Of a stretch of 64,000 bases of DNA, positions 13,776 to 26,591 are shown in pieces (position 1 is the first letter of the stretch; each line of letters begins with the position of its first letter). The DNA comes from Octopus vulgaris (Eukaryota). The notes beneath the pieces are model-generated. The model made no database searches. It worked only from the letters and a program-made list of their open reading frames with translations, and was not told where the DNA came from. The stretch lies in NCBI GenBank assembly GCA_951406725.2, contig OX597828.1, positions 52,514,001-52,578,000 on the forward strand. The letters run 5' to 3'. A program made the translations under genes and the position numbers.

Positions 13776-13867
13776 CCTACGGACGTACGTTTCGAGATCA
13801 AGTCTTAGGAAAGCATAAGAATTAGATAACTCTACCTTACCCAGACTTCTTCTTTCATCAGCGCAGG
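13776..13867 (-). ncRNA. Hammerhead ribozyme, unit 2
   Basis: Same motif as unit 1. Confidence 0.85.
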
Positions 13868-14361
13868 ATACAAACAATCATGAATGATTGAATATTGAAT
13901 TTTGAGATACTAGAAGGCACCAACTCAACTTAGTATCAGAGCGAGCTAGAAGCCACAGCTAGTATCACCAAATTCAAAGTATGAATGAAAGCTTGTGTCA
14001 CCAGTCCCTTCCCACCCGCGTGAAGCCAAGACAAAGTGCTATGGTCATTTACTGGGATGAATATGGTTATGAGTAACAATGAAGGGTGGAATTAATTAAT
14101 TTGGAATAATTATCAATTACACCAAGTAGTCTTCGGCATGTAAAAGCCTCATTCGAGGAAAATTTAAGTAATACTAAGCAATTAAGGGTTTAGCAACGAA
14201 TTGCCTTACCACACACCGAATTTAGAAATAGCAGTCAAAGAGATTATAGCTATTTCTTCTACTAAAAGGGAGATCACAGTAAAGACACAGCATTTGAAAG
14301 GCAAACACAGACAGGTAAGAGAGAATGAATTAACGGCAATCTATCATACAGTTTTAAGTCA

Positions 14362-14453
14362 CCTACGGACGTACGTTTCGAGATCAAGTCTTAGGAAAGC
14401 ATAAGAATTAGATAACTCTACCTTACCCAGACTTCTTCTTTCATCAGCGCAGG
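14362..14453 (-). ncRNA. Hammerhead ribozyme, unit 3
   Basis: Same motif as unit 1. Confidence 0.85.
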
Positions 14454-14900
14454 ATACAAACAATCATGAATGATTGAATATTGAATTTTGAGATACTAGA
14501 AGGCACCAACTCAACTTAGTATCAGAGCGAGCTAGAAGCCACAGCTAGTATCACCAAATTCAAAGTATGAATGAAAGCTTGTGTCACCAGTCCCTTCCCA
14601 CCCGCGTGAAGCCAAGACAAAGTGCTGTGGTCATTTACTGGGATGAATTATCAATTACACCTAGTAGTCTTCGGCATGTAAAAGCCTCATTCGAGGAAAA
14701 TTTAAGTAATACTAAGCAATTAAGGGTTTAGCAACGAATTGCCTTAACCACACACCGAATTTAGAAATAGCAGTCAAAGAGATTATAGCTATTTCTTCTA
14801 CTAAAAGGGAGATCACAGTAAAGACACAGCATTTGAAAGGCAAACACAGACAGGTAAGAGAGAATGAATTAACGGCAATCTATCATACAGTTTTAAGTCA

Positions 14901-14992
14901 CCTACGGACGTACGTTTCGAGATCAAGTCTTAGGAAAGCATAAGAATTAGATAACTCTACCTTACCCAGACTTCTTCTTTCATCAGCGCAGG
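14901..14992 (-). ncRNA. Hammerhead ribozyme, unit 4
   Basis: Same motif as unit 1. Confidence 0.85.
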
Positions 14993-15169
14993 ATACAAAC
15001 AATCATGAATGATTGAATATTGAATTTTGAGATACTAGAAGGCACCAACTCAACTTAGTATCAGAGCGAGCTAGAAGCCACAGCTAGTATCACCAAATTC
15101 AAAGTATGAATGAAAGCTTGTGTCACCAGTCCCTTCCCACCCGCGTGAAGCCAAGACAAAGTGCTGTGG

Positions 15170-15208
<39 letters not shown>

Positions 15209-15214
<6 letters not shown>

Positions 15215-15340
15215 TGGGTTAAGTAAGTTGCTTAACCATAAACCGAAAATTTAGAAATAGCAGCCAAATAAGATGTGTTTCGCTGCTATTTCTAAATTTT
15301 CGGTATGTGGTTATGCAACTTGTTGCTTAACTCTTAATTA
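15209..15340. repeat. Fold-back inverted repeat related to the end of the 586-bp unit
   Basis: ACCGAAAATTTAGAAATAGCAGC (15242-15264) and its exact complement at 15282-15304; arms extend imperfectly to about 55 bp. Confidence 0.85.
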
Positions 15341-15479
15341 TATTTATATATATATAAAAACATTTTGTAAAAGTTCCTACCGATAATGGTTCTCTTTCCA
15401 TAGCGAAACTACTTGGTAAAATTTATTAATTTTAAATTAATAATTATTTACCCTTATATTTGTTATATATATATACACA

Positions 15480-16480
15480 CCGTTAAAACACTTTCACTTT
15501 CACGGTGTTCGTAGTGTATTTGAATAATGAGATATATTTGAAGATGGAAGATACGATAAAGTTTATTAATCACTACAATTGTTTCGACCAATCTAGCATC
15601 GATCCCTCACAGGTGGCATACTTAACAAGTGACTTAGGTGTATCCGACGCTGTAGATTTGTCTCTTCAAGTGATTACAAGTTTATCTCGTTAAAATAACG
15701 ACTGTTCCGCCAGATATCTTCTCGGTTTGTGTATAGAAATGCAGCAAATTAAAGGATGCAGAAATAACAGCTGCAAAATGTAACGAATACACAATACAGC
15801 TACAAATGTATGAAATATAACCGTTAACATATATAGATGTATAAACACCGTCGCTTAGGTTGTATAGCGCAAGTACACTCGCTCGTGCAAACATCCATGA
15901 AGATATAAGCATTCATACACGCTTAGTTTGACGTGCAAACACTCAGCCAGCTAATCAAATAGCTACTTATTGTTTATAAGAATAGGGAGGCTAGAGTCAA
16001 ATTTAATTCATCCATTCCTTAAGGTAAATTATGATTATTAATTTGGTTAATGTTTACTCGAATTCATTCCCACTGCATTCTGTGAAAGTGCATTTGTAAG
16101 CATGTAAGTACATTCAGTGTCTTTCAGAAATTCTACTAACGATCTCATTGATCTACAAAATAGACAGGGATTCCTCGTCTGCATTTCCTGAAAAGGATAT
16201 TATATGGTTGTGCATGCCTTATTATGGGCCAGTTAGATCATACTTAATTCTATCTCCCTAAGTCGCCACACAAAACTAGCCAAAAATGCTGAAAGCCTCT
16301 TGTTGATTTTCTTGAAGCTGGTAACATGGCTACCATAAAGATTTTTGAATGAATCAGCCATTCCCCCAATGTAAAATTACGGTCCTCTCCATGTGCGTAC
16401 GATACATCTATATACAAGATTATTATTCACACAGAGGTTCATCAACGGGCATTTAGATTTTTCTCTGCATGAGCATTCAT
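15480..16480 (-). mobile_element. Decayed Penelope-like element 3' portion: GIY-YIG endonuclease plus terminal repeat region with hammerhead
   Basis: Minus strand: ECSCR-KSKCPLMNLCVNNNLVYRCIV..FYIGGMADSFKNLYGSHVTSF..LASFVWRLR (about 16240-16478); HHR then AATAAA downstream. Confidence 0.75.
15568..15675 (-). ncRNA. Minimal type-I hammerhead, C3U variant, long stem II
   Basis: AATCAC-TTGAAGA-GACAAATCTA...TAGATTGGTC-GAAAC-AATT-GTA-GTGATT; perfect 6-bp stem I. Confidence 0.75.
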
Positions 16481-17882
16481 TAGATTTATTTCTATATGTT
16501 GTAGTTCTGATTTCATTTTCCGACACTATTACCTTGTCGGCTATACAACTATTCTTGTTATCATCGCGATGTGGCTGCAGCGGGTATTTTTCATTCTGCC
16601 TTATATTTCCCTTCTTAGTATTTTAATGTATAAGTTTGCTGTCTTTTCTGTTTGTCGAGCCGGAATTAACAGAGTTAGCGTATGACACCTTCACTGTGTC
16701 TATGAAAGATATATCTATATAATAGATGTATATAATAGATCAGGATTCAAGTGAATTAGGCGCTTAAATGGTAAGACACGGGGCCGGGTCGAAAAGTGAA
16801 CTGTGCACACAACAAAAGTAAATGAATATATTTGCGGGTACCGAAGTACAGGCAGAAAGATATTCAGGTTATACATAGGATTAACTGTATCCGACTGAGT
16901 ATATCAATGATCCTGAGGCTAATGAAGGAAAGCGCATTGTAATCAATGTACGGTCCATACTATGCAACGGTTCTACACAAGGTGCAGGTTCTGAGAGAGG
17001 TGAATAATATATGAATGAATAGCAACAGATAGATGGTATTTCAATTCACTTCAGCTGTTCCCAACGAATTTTTAATTGATTAATGGAGACATCACATCAT
17101 TACAAAAAGACGTTTACATCAGGTGAATTACATGAACCATAACATTGAAAAACATTCAAAATCCAATGTGGGGTGGTGCATCTTCTTCATTCTATGAATG
17201 CTGCTGTGAATAGTAAGTGTCATAAAATGATTTACATATATCAACATCCATTGACAAGGTTGCAAAAGCAACGAAAATGTTTGGAAGAAAAAAAACATAT
17301 AAATAATAAATGAGTGGAAATCGAACCGGTGTGTGTGCTAGATAATAAGGCATCAAGACAATTTGACAATATCACAATATAACATGCATGTGCTATTAGT
17401 AAGCTGTATACTACAGTATCTATTTAAGAGGTCCCTTCTTCTAGAAGTACAGTGCTAAGTGCACAGACAAATGTTGCTAACAGACGAGAATCGTTTGGAA
17501 AGGGTGCTAGATCGCAAGACAGTGCATGCGTTTCTTCTGTGGTAGGCGTTCGTCTTACCGTAAAGAAGTCAAATCTCACCGCCAATGATATACACAATAA
17601 TAGCTAGCAGGTCCTTTGCAAAGTAAACATTAGCGACGGAAGTTGTATTAATACTGAATAACAGTCTTTATATTCTACTTGACGTGAATGTGTTATTATG
17701 ATTATCATAACGCTGTACACTGAGGTATTCGACTTGAGAGGTTCTCTCATATAGACATCGGGTGCTGAGAGTACGGACAGATTTGTCTGACATGCGGTGA
17801 TTGTATATAGGCATATGTATATATATATATTAATCAATATAAGGGTAGCAAAAAATTCAATAGAAATTATTTTCGCCATTAT

Positions 17883-17931
<49 letters not shown>

Positions 17932-17959
17932 CATAAATATATATATATATAGACGTAGC

Positions 17960-19280
17960 TTTGCTTTCTTATTGCGTGGCACCGTGGGAAAGTGTCTTCA
18001 GCTATACCCTTCGATTTACCAAAGCCTCTTGAGTGGATGTGGTACGGAAAGTGAAAGAGGTTCGTCGTATACATATATATGTAAATATTTAGGACCTTTT
18101 GGCTGCTAATTTTTAAAAATTCGAAGTTTATTGAAAATTTTTAAATGTGGAACTTTTAATGTAGTTTCCTAGCTAAATCTCGGGATTATTTCACTTTTTC
18201 CACAATTTTTTTTTAATTGATAGAGGTTTAAAATTTGATCATTTTCACCCAGTCAGAAAACAGGATTTGGAAGCTGTCATTTTGTGCATGACAGCACGTG
18301 TTGTCAACTGTAAACAAATCAAATTTTGCTTAAGCACGCCATATTAATCTCTCATAACTTTATTAATTTTTTAGAATTTTCAGAAGATTTTTGCCAATTT
18401 GTATTCTACACATGGAAATTCATACGATTATTAAAAAAAATAAAACAAACAATTTTTTGGTGTGTGATTTAAGACCTTTTTGGCTACTATTTTTAGCACA
18501 TCTGACGATCATCTCAATGAGTGTAATATACGTGTCAACACGTGCTTACCTATGGACAAAATAGTTCTCATACTTGGCTTGTTACTATGGAAACAGGCAT
18601 GAAGGTGTCTGTGACTTACGATTCGTTAAAATTACCTAAAATTTGCAATCTTTAAAAGATAATAAATCATTATTGTATTTCGTTATTGGATTTGGTTTGC
18701 AAGATTCTTTATGTGAGTTCGTGTCTTGAAGCATATTCTGTTGTGTCTGGGGAGAGTCATTTTCTTTTTGTGCCTTATAATTTAACACACTCACCGAGTC
18801 AACACTATTCAAAAGGCTGCAAGACGCAACGAAAATTATACGAAATTAAAATAAGAAATAAGTGGAAATTTTACCGGTGAGTGTGTTAAATTATAAGGCA
18901 CAAAAAGAAAATGACTCTCCCCAGACACAACAAATCATTATTGATTTATTGCAATAATGAATTTCACGGCAGTGATTAGCATATTATTACACCGACTATG
19001 AAGTCAATTCGAGCAAGTATTGAAAAGATTGAAGCCAAACAGAAAAGATCCCATATTTATGTGTCAGCTTTTGTGTCTGTGTCTGTCCCCCACCATCGCT
19101 TGAGAGTCGATGTTGATGTGTTTACGTCCCCGTAAATTAGAAGTTCGGCGAAATTGCTCGATAGAATAAGTATTAAACTTACTAAAAATAAATCTTGGGA
19201 TCGATTTCTTCGACTAAAACCCTTTAAGGTAATGCTCCAGCATAACCGCAGTAAAATGACTGAAGCACTTCAAAGTATAC
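17960..19280 (+). mobile_element. Old CORE-type SINE split by an unclassified insertion of about 1 kb
   Basis: 5' half at about 17960-18070, 3' half at about 19060-19280. Confidence 0.6.
18676..18931. mobile_element. 256-bp insertion with 58-bp perfect inverted repeat and 12-bp target-site duplication
   Basis: IR 18739-18796 / 18875-18932; AAATCATTATTG at 18664-18675 and 18932-18943. Confidence 0.8.
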
Positions 19281-20092
19281 AAGAATATATTTGCGTGTAC
19301 GTGTGTGTGCGTTCATGAATGTGTGTATGTATGTATGTATTTATATGTGTATGTATATACATTTATATGTATATATATTTGATAGTAACGAAAAGTGTTT
19401 GAAAAGTTGTCTTAAGCACAATTCATAACAACCTTTAGTCACTACTCAAGGTTTCTTACTAGCAAAAGTCATCAATTTTACGGACAAAATTCAAATCTTA
19501 TTTGCTGTGCAGTGGAACCATCTCAGTGACCGGGTATTAAATAGTAATGAATGCTCAATTGAAATCAAGTGTTTCTGAGTGCTTTGGGGTGCCTAAACTT
19601 TGTAATACACGCTGTAGTTTCTGTAGATATAAATATATACATAGATATATGCTATGATTTCGCTTACGCACTAAGATACAAATATCACATTGTTAGAACT
19701 CAATGTACCGGTACTTCAGAATAAAGCGTTTGTCGAATACAGAACTTAATATGATTGCACGCAATAACGAAAGGACACAAATTATGTAACCAGATTCATT
19801 AGGTTATAGTTCGTGTAAGATGCAGTCCATTCAGATTAGAGTGTTTATGCGTCACCTTAGAGATTATTCGCGTCTTTAACATGACTTCATTTTACTGTCT
19901 ACAAAGAAGCCAGGCAGTAATGCATGAGCACTCATCGCTGAGTGCTTTGCGTGTTGAGGCAGATACAGCTGTGAGCAAAGGAAGCCCATTGCAATTCCTG
20001 TTCCCTTGTCATTCAATTAATACATACATATATACGTAAGTATGAGTATATGTATATATATACATATATATATTTATATATACATATACCAT

Positions 20093-20126
<34 letters not shown>

Positions 20127-20921
20127 AGGCAGTTTTCTTTATATATGTGTGTGTGTATGTATAAGTGTGTGTATATATATATATATATATGTATATACAC
20201 GCACATTTTATCGACATACATCGATACATAAATACAGAGGTGGATAGATATAGACATATACATACACGCATACACGCTAACACACACAAATACACACGCT
20301 TATACACATATATTTTTATACATATATATATATATACATATATGTATATATGCATATATATGTATATATATATATATACATATGTATATATATATATATA
20401 AATATATATATATGTGTGTGTATGTATGTATGTATGTATGTATGTATGTATGTATGTATGTATGTATGTATGTATGTGTGTGTATGTATGTATATTCATG
20501 CATACATACAAATATACCCGAATTAAATCACAGCAACAGATTAGTTAGCCATTCGGCTTCGTATTTCGATTACAATTGTTTCACTGTATTTGCAATAAAT
20601 AGCGTATCTTCATAAGCGCCTTACAATCACAATTATGTGTGTGAGTGCGTTATATAAATATTTATATGGATATATGCTTCATTATACTGTTGTATATGTA
20701 TGCATGCACATACAATCATACAGGTAAATATACGGTTGGTGATCTCAGTGTAGTTAGATAATCGATAAATTTCTGGTTTAATACCCGGCACGATGTTTCC
20801 GGTTGAAAGCGGAAGTAGCTGTTGGCATAATGGGAGTTGTTCTAGCAATAACGTATACTAGACAAACAGGCGCACAACTCGTTAAAGATATTCAAGGTAA
20901 ACATAAAACAGGACATTGTTC

Positions 20922-21540
<619 letters not shown>

Positions 21541-22155
21541 TTGAGAGAGAAGGATAAATATATAAATACATACAGACAGATAGATAGATAGATATATCGA
21601 TAGATTTATAGGTGTGTATGTATGTATGTTTATACATACACTTACTATGTGAGTGTATATATGTGTTTAAAGTGATACCTTTATTATGCAGGTGCAAGTT
21701 CAGTTTCTCACTACAATTCCCACCATGTCTAGAAGGATTTGTGCCACTAATAACATTCGTCAGACATAGCATCTGTGACCAGACTAAAGAAACTGCCACA
21801 GCAATATTAAAAACACCCCCCAAAAAAACGCCATTGGTCCAACATGCATTACTGGCAGTTCAGTCAACATTACAGATAACTTTACTGCTACAAGCACAGC
21901 AGCAACTACCGTTAACATACTACCACGATCTTTACTAACATGAACACATTAATTGCTTGTAGCAACTATAAAGTACTTCGTAGTATATTATGGTTACAAC
22001 ACGAAACACTGCGTCCTTACCTGCAATTCATGTGTGCGTGACAGTTTCCAGGAATATCTTTAATATATAAACTTGGTATATTCACTTGTTACACCACTAA
22101 ACTTATTGTGTATATTTATTTAAGCAATGTATTCATGGATTGTTAATGGGTGGAA

Positions 22156-22201
22156 GTGGTACTGAGGAAGGAGCAATGATTCCTGAAATATGCATTTACA
22201 C
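22156..22201 (+). ncRNA. Minimal hammerhead-like motif
   Basis: GTGGTA-CTGAGGA-AGGAG caatga TTCCT-GAAAT-ATGC-ATT-TACAC; stem I weak. Confidence 0.55.
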
Positions 22202-22469
22202 CAATCTTTTATTTATCAATCTCCAATCGCATTGCTTACATAGACACATTCGTATATGAAACATCTTAACTTACAGTGTTGGCTCTAAATTCTACAGAAA
22301 ATATATAAAGATAACTTCAAACATATAAATATTGTATTGAAAATCATAGTCATTGCGCTTCTCCCCTTTTCTCTCTGTTACTCTCCTGATGTATATGAAA
22401 CACGTGGTTTACTGAAAACAACAGTCAATTATCCTTTAAATGACACCCTAACGCCTTTCGTATGATGAG

Positions 22470-22572
22470 TAGCGCTACGATGGACTGGCGTCCCGTCCAG
22501 CTAGGGAACACATACGCCATAGAAACCGGGAAACCGGGCCCATGAACCTGGCTAGGTTTTAAAAGGGCGCAT
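22470..22572 (+). mobile_element. Meta-type SINE 3' fragment
   Basis: CGATGGACTGGCGTCCCGTCCAG...AGAAACCGGGAAACCGGGCCC, similar to 385-478. Confidence 0.6.
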
Positions 22573-22699
22573 TTATTTATATTTTTTAGAACCAATATTC
22601 TCTCTAGGACCACCACGTACTTCATTACCAATTGAAAAATGTCCGTACAAACTATTCACACTTATTTTGGTCGTTCAACTTTTATGTTTTATATTTTAT

Positions 22700-23097
22700 T
22701 TGTTTTAGTCATTAGATTGCAGCCATGCTGTGGCACTGTCTTGAAGAAAATTTAGTCGAAAGAATCGACCCCAATACTTTTTTATTCTAACCCTAGGACT
22801 AATTCTATCAGTTTCTTTTCCCGAGTTACGGGACGTGAACACAGCAATACCGGTAGTTAAACCATGGTGGTGAACAAACACAGACATAAAACACACATGC
22901 ACACATAGACACAGACACACACACACACAACACACACATACCTACGACAAGCTTCTTTTAGTTTCCATCTACCAAATCCACTCACAAGGTATTGGTCGAC
23001 CCGAGACACTTACACAAGTTGCCACGCAGTAGGACAAAACTCGGAACCTTGTGTTTGAGAAGCAAACTTCTTAAAAAACACAGCAACACCTGCGCCT
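22700..23097 (-). mobile_element. CORE-type SINE (diverged)
   Basis: Similar to the other copies over the full length. Confidence 0.8.
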
Positions 23098-23423
23098 TAC
23101 GTGCATGATATAACTATCAGTGTCCCCGAAATCACATTCTATTGACTTAAATCTAGAAGGACATATTGCTCAATCCAATATCAGGTAAAGTAAAGGAAGG
23201 GATAGTCATGGATAGAGTGTGTTTCATTATAATTTATCGCAGTTAATACTGACCTGTGACTGAGATGAAAACAAACAAAATCCACCTCCCTTTTCAAACT
23301 ACTATTTTCCCCCACAGCAACACCGGTACTTGCGCCACAACAATAACTGCAATAACCACTGGAGTTAACATGCAACCGCAATCAATACATTTCGACCTCA
23401 ACCGCAACCATCATAACCACAAA

Positions 23424-23456
<33 letters not shown>

Positions 23457-23457
23457 A

Positions 23458-23517
<60 letters not shown>

Positions 23518-23529
23518 ACCGCTACTACT
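23424..23529. repeat. (TAC)n(TGC)n microsatellite
   Basis: Directly visible. Confidence 0.95.
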
Positions 23530-23836
23530 AAAGAGCGGATATCCCACCACTTTCCCTGGGGCTGTTGTCCACGTGTCTTTTGTAATAACTGGTAACCACA
23601 TACACACAGCAACAACAGTCACTAAGAATGAGAACGTGAATATACTAATGAATATGTATGAGTGTGCTTTGACTATATGTGTGTGTGTGAGTGTATGCGT
23701 GTGTGTGTGTGTGTGTGTGTGCGTGCTCGGGTATGTGTGTAAATTAACAAAACCGAGAAAAGTTGATGTGCTTTGTATCAACACCACTTCATTGATAAAA
23801 TACAATAACAACGCATGCGAATATACGCATATATAC

Positions 23837-23880
<44 letters not shown>

Positions 23881-24052
23881 TTTAGAAATATTAAATTTCT
23901 AAATATCTCAGAGAGATATGAGCGGTGGTGGAACGATAGAGCGGTTGTATACCGTCAACTTAACGTGACAGTCCCGTAAAGGGAATCACACCACCGCTAT
24001 TTAGCCCTAGGAAGCATCGACGCTTCCTGTCGGCTTTGACATTAAGACAGGT

Positions 24053-24290
24053 GAAATACCTATTTCTTTACTACCCACAAGGGGCTAAACACAGAGAGGA
24101 CAGACAAGGAGAGACAAACGGATTAAGTCGATTATATCGACCCCAGTGCGTAACTGGTACTTATTTAATCAACCCTAAAACGATGAAAGGCAAAGTCGAC
24201 CTCGGCGGAATTTGAACTCAGAACGTAGCGGCAGACGAAATACCACTAAGCATTTCGCCCGGCGTGCTAACTATTCTGCCAGCTCGCTGC
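24053..24290 (-). mobile_element. Deu/Nin-type SINE, full length
   Basis: Head, B box, Nin-like domain, 3' TTTAGCCCCTTGTGGGTAGTAAAGAAATAGGTATTTC. Confidence 0.85.
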
Positions 24291-24450
24291 AAAAATAGAA
24301 GAGTGCCATTGTTATCAAGTGAGCGATATTTTGACATCTCGTGTGTCTTCCACAGATTCAAAAGATATAAACTTGTCAATCTACTTCATTTGATAACAAC
24401 AGCAATCTTCTATATCTTCTGGGGGAGTTACCTCAATCCTATAAATAGGA

Positions 24451-24854
24451 GCTGATTAGCTCCAAGAGGTCATCGCCTCTAGCTAGCTATATGACACACG
24501 AACCTGCGTCCATTACAACCTTCGAACAGGGGAGGTCAGCCGCTTCACCTTGCTAGTCAGACATCTGCAGACATGTTTCAGGGTTGTTGCCCTTTATCAA
24601 TGCAGCGTAGTCAGAACCAGCAGGTGTCGCTACTGACCGTCTGTTCGAAGATTTTATTTACCTAGTTACAGTGGAATACATCAACTTGTTTTCAATAATA
24701 GAAATATTAAAATTACTAAGTCTCTCTAAAGGAGATTACGGCAGCGTTACTGGATATTAATAGTTATCGCCATACTAATATGGCAGTCTATAAATAAGAC
24801 TAAAGCTGTGTCATATAGCTAGCTAGAGGCGATGGCCTCTTGGAGCTAATCAGC
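24451..24854. mobile_element. Fold-back PLE-terminus-like element: 48-bp inverted repeats enclosing a hammerhead
   Basis: IR 24451-24498 / 24807-24854 (1 mismatch), followed by (TA)n. Confidence 0.7.
24565..24605 (-). ncRNA. 41-nt minimal hammerhead with U3-A8 core
   Basis: CTGCA-TTGATAA-AGGG caacaa CCCT-GAAAC-AT-GTC-TGCAG. Confidence 0.7.
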
Positions 24855-24876
24855 AACAGCTTAGTAATTTTAATAA

Positions 24877-24936
<60 letters not shown>

Positions 24937-25211
24937 GTACATACATACACATGCATATATATCTATATATACACATACATAGATATCTATATATACACAT
25001 GCATATATGGGTACAGAACATCAAAAAACGTAAACGACGGGGAAAACGAGAACATGAAATACAGAAACATGGAAAACGAGGGGTTTTTTTTAACAACGAA
25101 AGAAACAAATAAAAAATGAGACAGGCAGTCCCATCATCAGTTGTCCACTGCTTTATCTACTCCGCATTTCGAGGGTTAGGACAAGCTGCGTCTTCGTCAA
25201 AAGAGTCGCTA

Positions 25212-25575
25212 GGCGTAGGTGTGGCTGTGTGGTAAGAAACTTGATTCCCAACGATGTGGTTCCGGGTAAGTCTCTTCCACTAGAGCTTCGGGTTGACCAA
25301 AAGCTTGTGAGTGGATTTGGTAGACGGAAAGTGAATGAAACTACTCGAAGATATATATGTGTGTGTGTGGGTGTCTGTGTTTGTGTCTGCCTGTGTGTTT
25401 GTGTCTGTGTTTGTCCCGTCAACGTAACCTAGCATGTCTGGAAAAGAAAGACCGATAGAAACAGTACCATGCTGAAAAAATAAGCCCCGGGGTCGATTTG
25501 TTTCGAGTAAAATACTTCCAGATGGTGCTCTAGCATGGCCGCAGTCAAATGACTGAAGCAATAAAAAGACTAAAA
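25212..25575 (+). mobile_element. CORE-type SINE (diverged, internal deletions)
   Basis: Head and tail similarity. Confidence 0.8.
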
Positions 25576-25601
25576 GGATATATATATGTACATACACACA
25601 C

Positions 25602-25656
<55 letters not shown>

Positions 25657-26093
25657 ATACACATCTGTGTGCAATCACTCAAACCCGTATACACGCGGGA
25701 CTAATGATACGCGAACCTACAACTGATATTTTCATCTTTGTATCCATGGCAATAACTGATGCTTCATAAAAGATAAGATCAGATCCAGATGGAAATGCTT
25801 TTCTAATTAACAGATAAAGCTAATTAGATGTATAGACTCGGCATTAAAAGAAAAAAAAATATCAGAAAAAATTAAATTTCAGATACAATTAGAACTAATA
25901 TTGGTAGGAGAACAGACAATTAACACTAATACCACTAGCTTTATTAGTCACTGTTTGAAATATATATAAAGAATAGTTTCTCTTCGCAAATCGTCATAAT
26001 CATCTTCATCATCCTCATCATCATCATCAGCAGCAGCAGCCGCAGCAGCATCGTCGTCGTTGTAGTTCTTAGTTTTTATTAAATAATTATATA

Positions 26094-26513
26094 GGCGCAG
26101 GAGTGGCTGTGTGGTAAGTAGCTTGCTAACCAACCACATGGTTCCGGGTTCAGTCCCACTGCGTGGCACCTTGGGCGAGTGTCTTCTGCTATAGACCCGG
26201 GCCGACAAATGCCTTGTGAGTGGATTTGGTAGACGGAAACTGAAAGAAGCCCGTCCTATATATGTATATATATATATATAAGTGTGTGTGTATATGTTTG
26301 TGTGTCTGTGTTTGTCCCCCTAGCATTGCTTCACAACCGATGCTGGTGTGTTTACGTCCCTGTAACTTAGCGGTTCGGCAAAAGAGACCGATAGAATAAG
26401 TACTGGGCTTACAAAGAGTAATTCCCGGGGTCGATTTGCTCGACCAAAGGCGGTGCTCCAGTATGGCCGCAGTCAAATGACTGAAACAAGTAAAAGAGTA
26501 AAAGAGTAAAGAG
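26094..26513 (+). mobile_element. CORE-type SINE, young full-length copy
   Basis: Near-identical to the copies at 35184, 42712 and 61643; (AAAGAGT)n tail. Confidence 0.9.
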
Positions 26514-26591
26514 TATATGTATATATTTATAAAAATGGTAAGACAACAAAAGAATGAAAGAGACCTCCATATTATGTAAATAGAGGAATTA

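Larger units (their letters stand above)
13001..15173 (-). repeat. 586-bp tandem array (about 3.7 units), each with a hammerhead ribozyme; retrozyme-like
   Basis: Unit starts at 13001, 13587, 14173, 14711; unit 3 has a 48-bp deletion; unit 4 is truncated; (TA)n on both sides. Confidence 0.95.

Noticed and set aside
13001-15173. CRISPR array
   Set aside because: Units are 586 bp with no unique spacers; no cas genes; eukaryotic context
20565-20620. GAAACAATTGTA hammerhead-like half on the minus strand
   Set aside because: Upstream core is degenerate and stem I does not pair
25120-25147. Minus-strand CTGATGA
   Set aside because: No downstream GAAA or cleavage triplet
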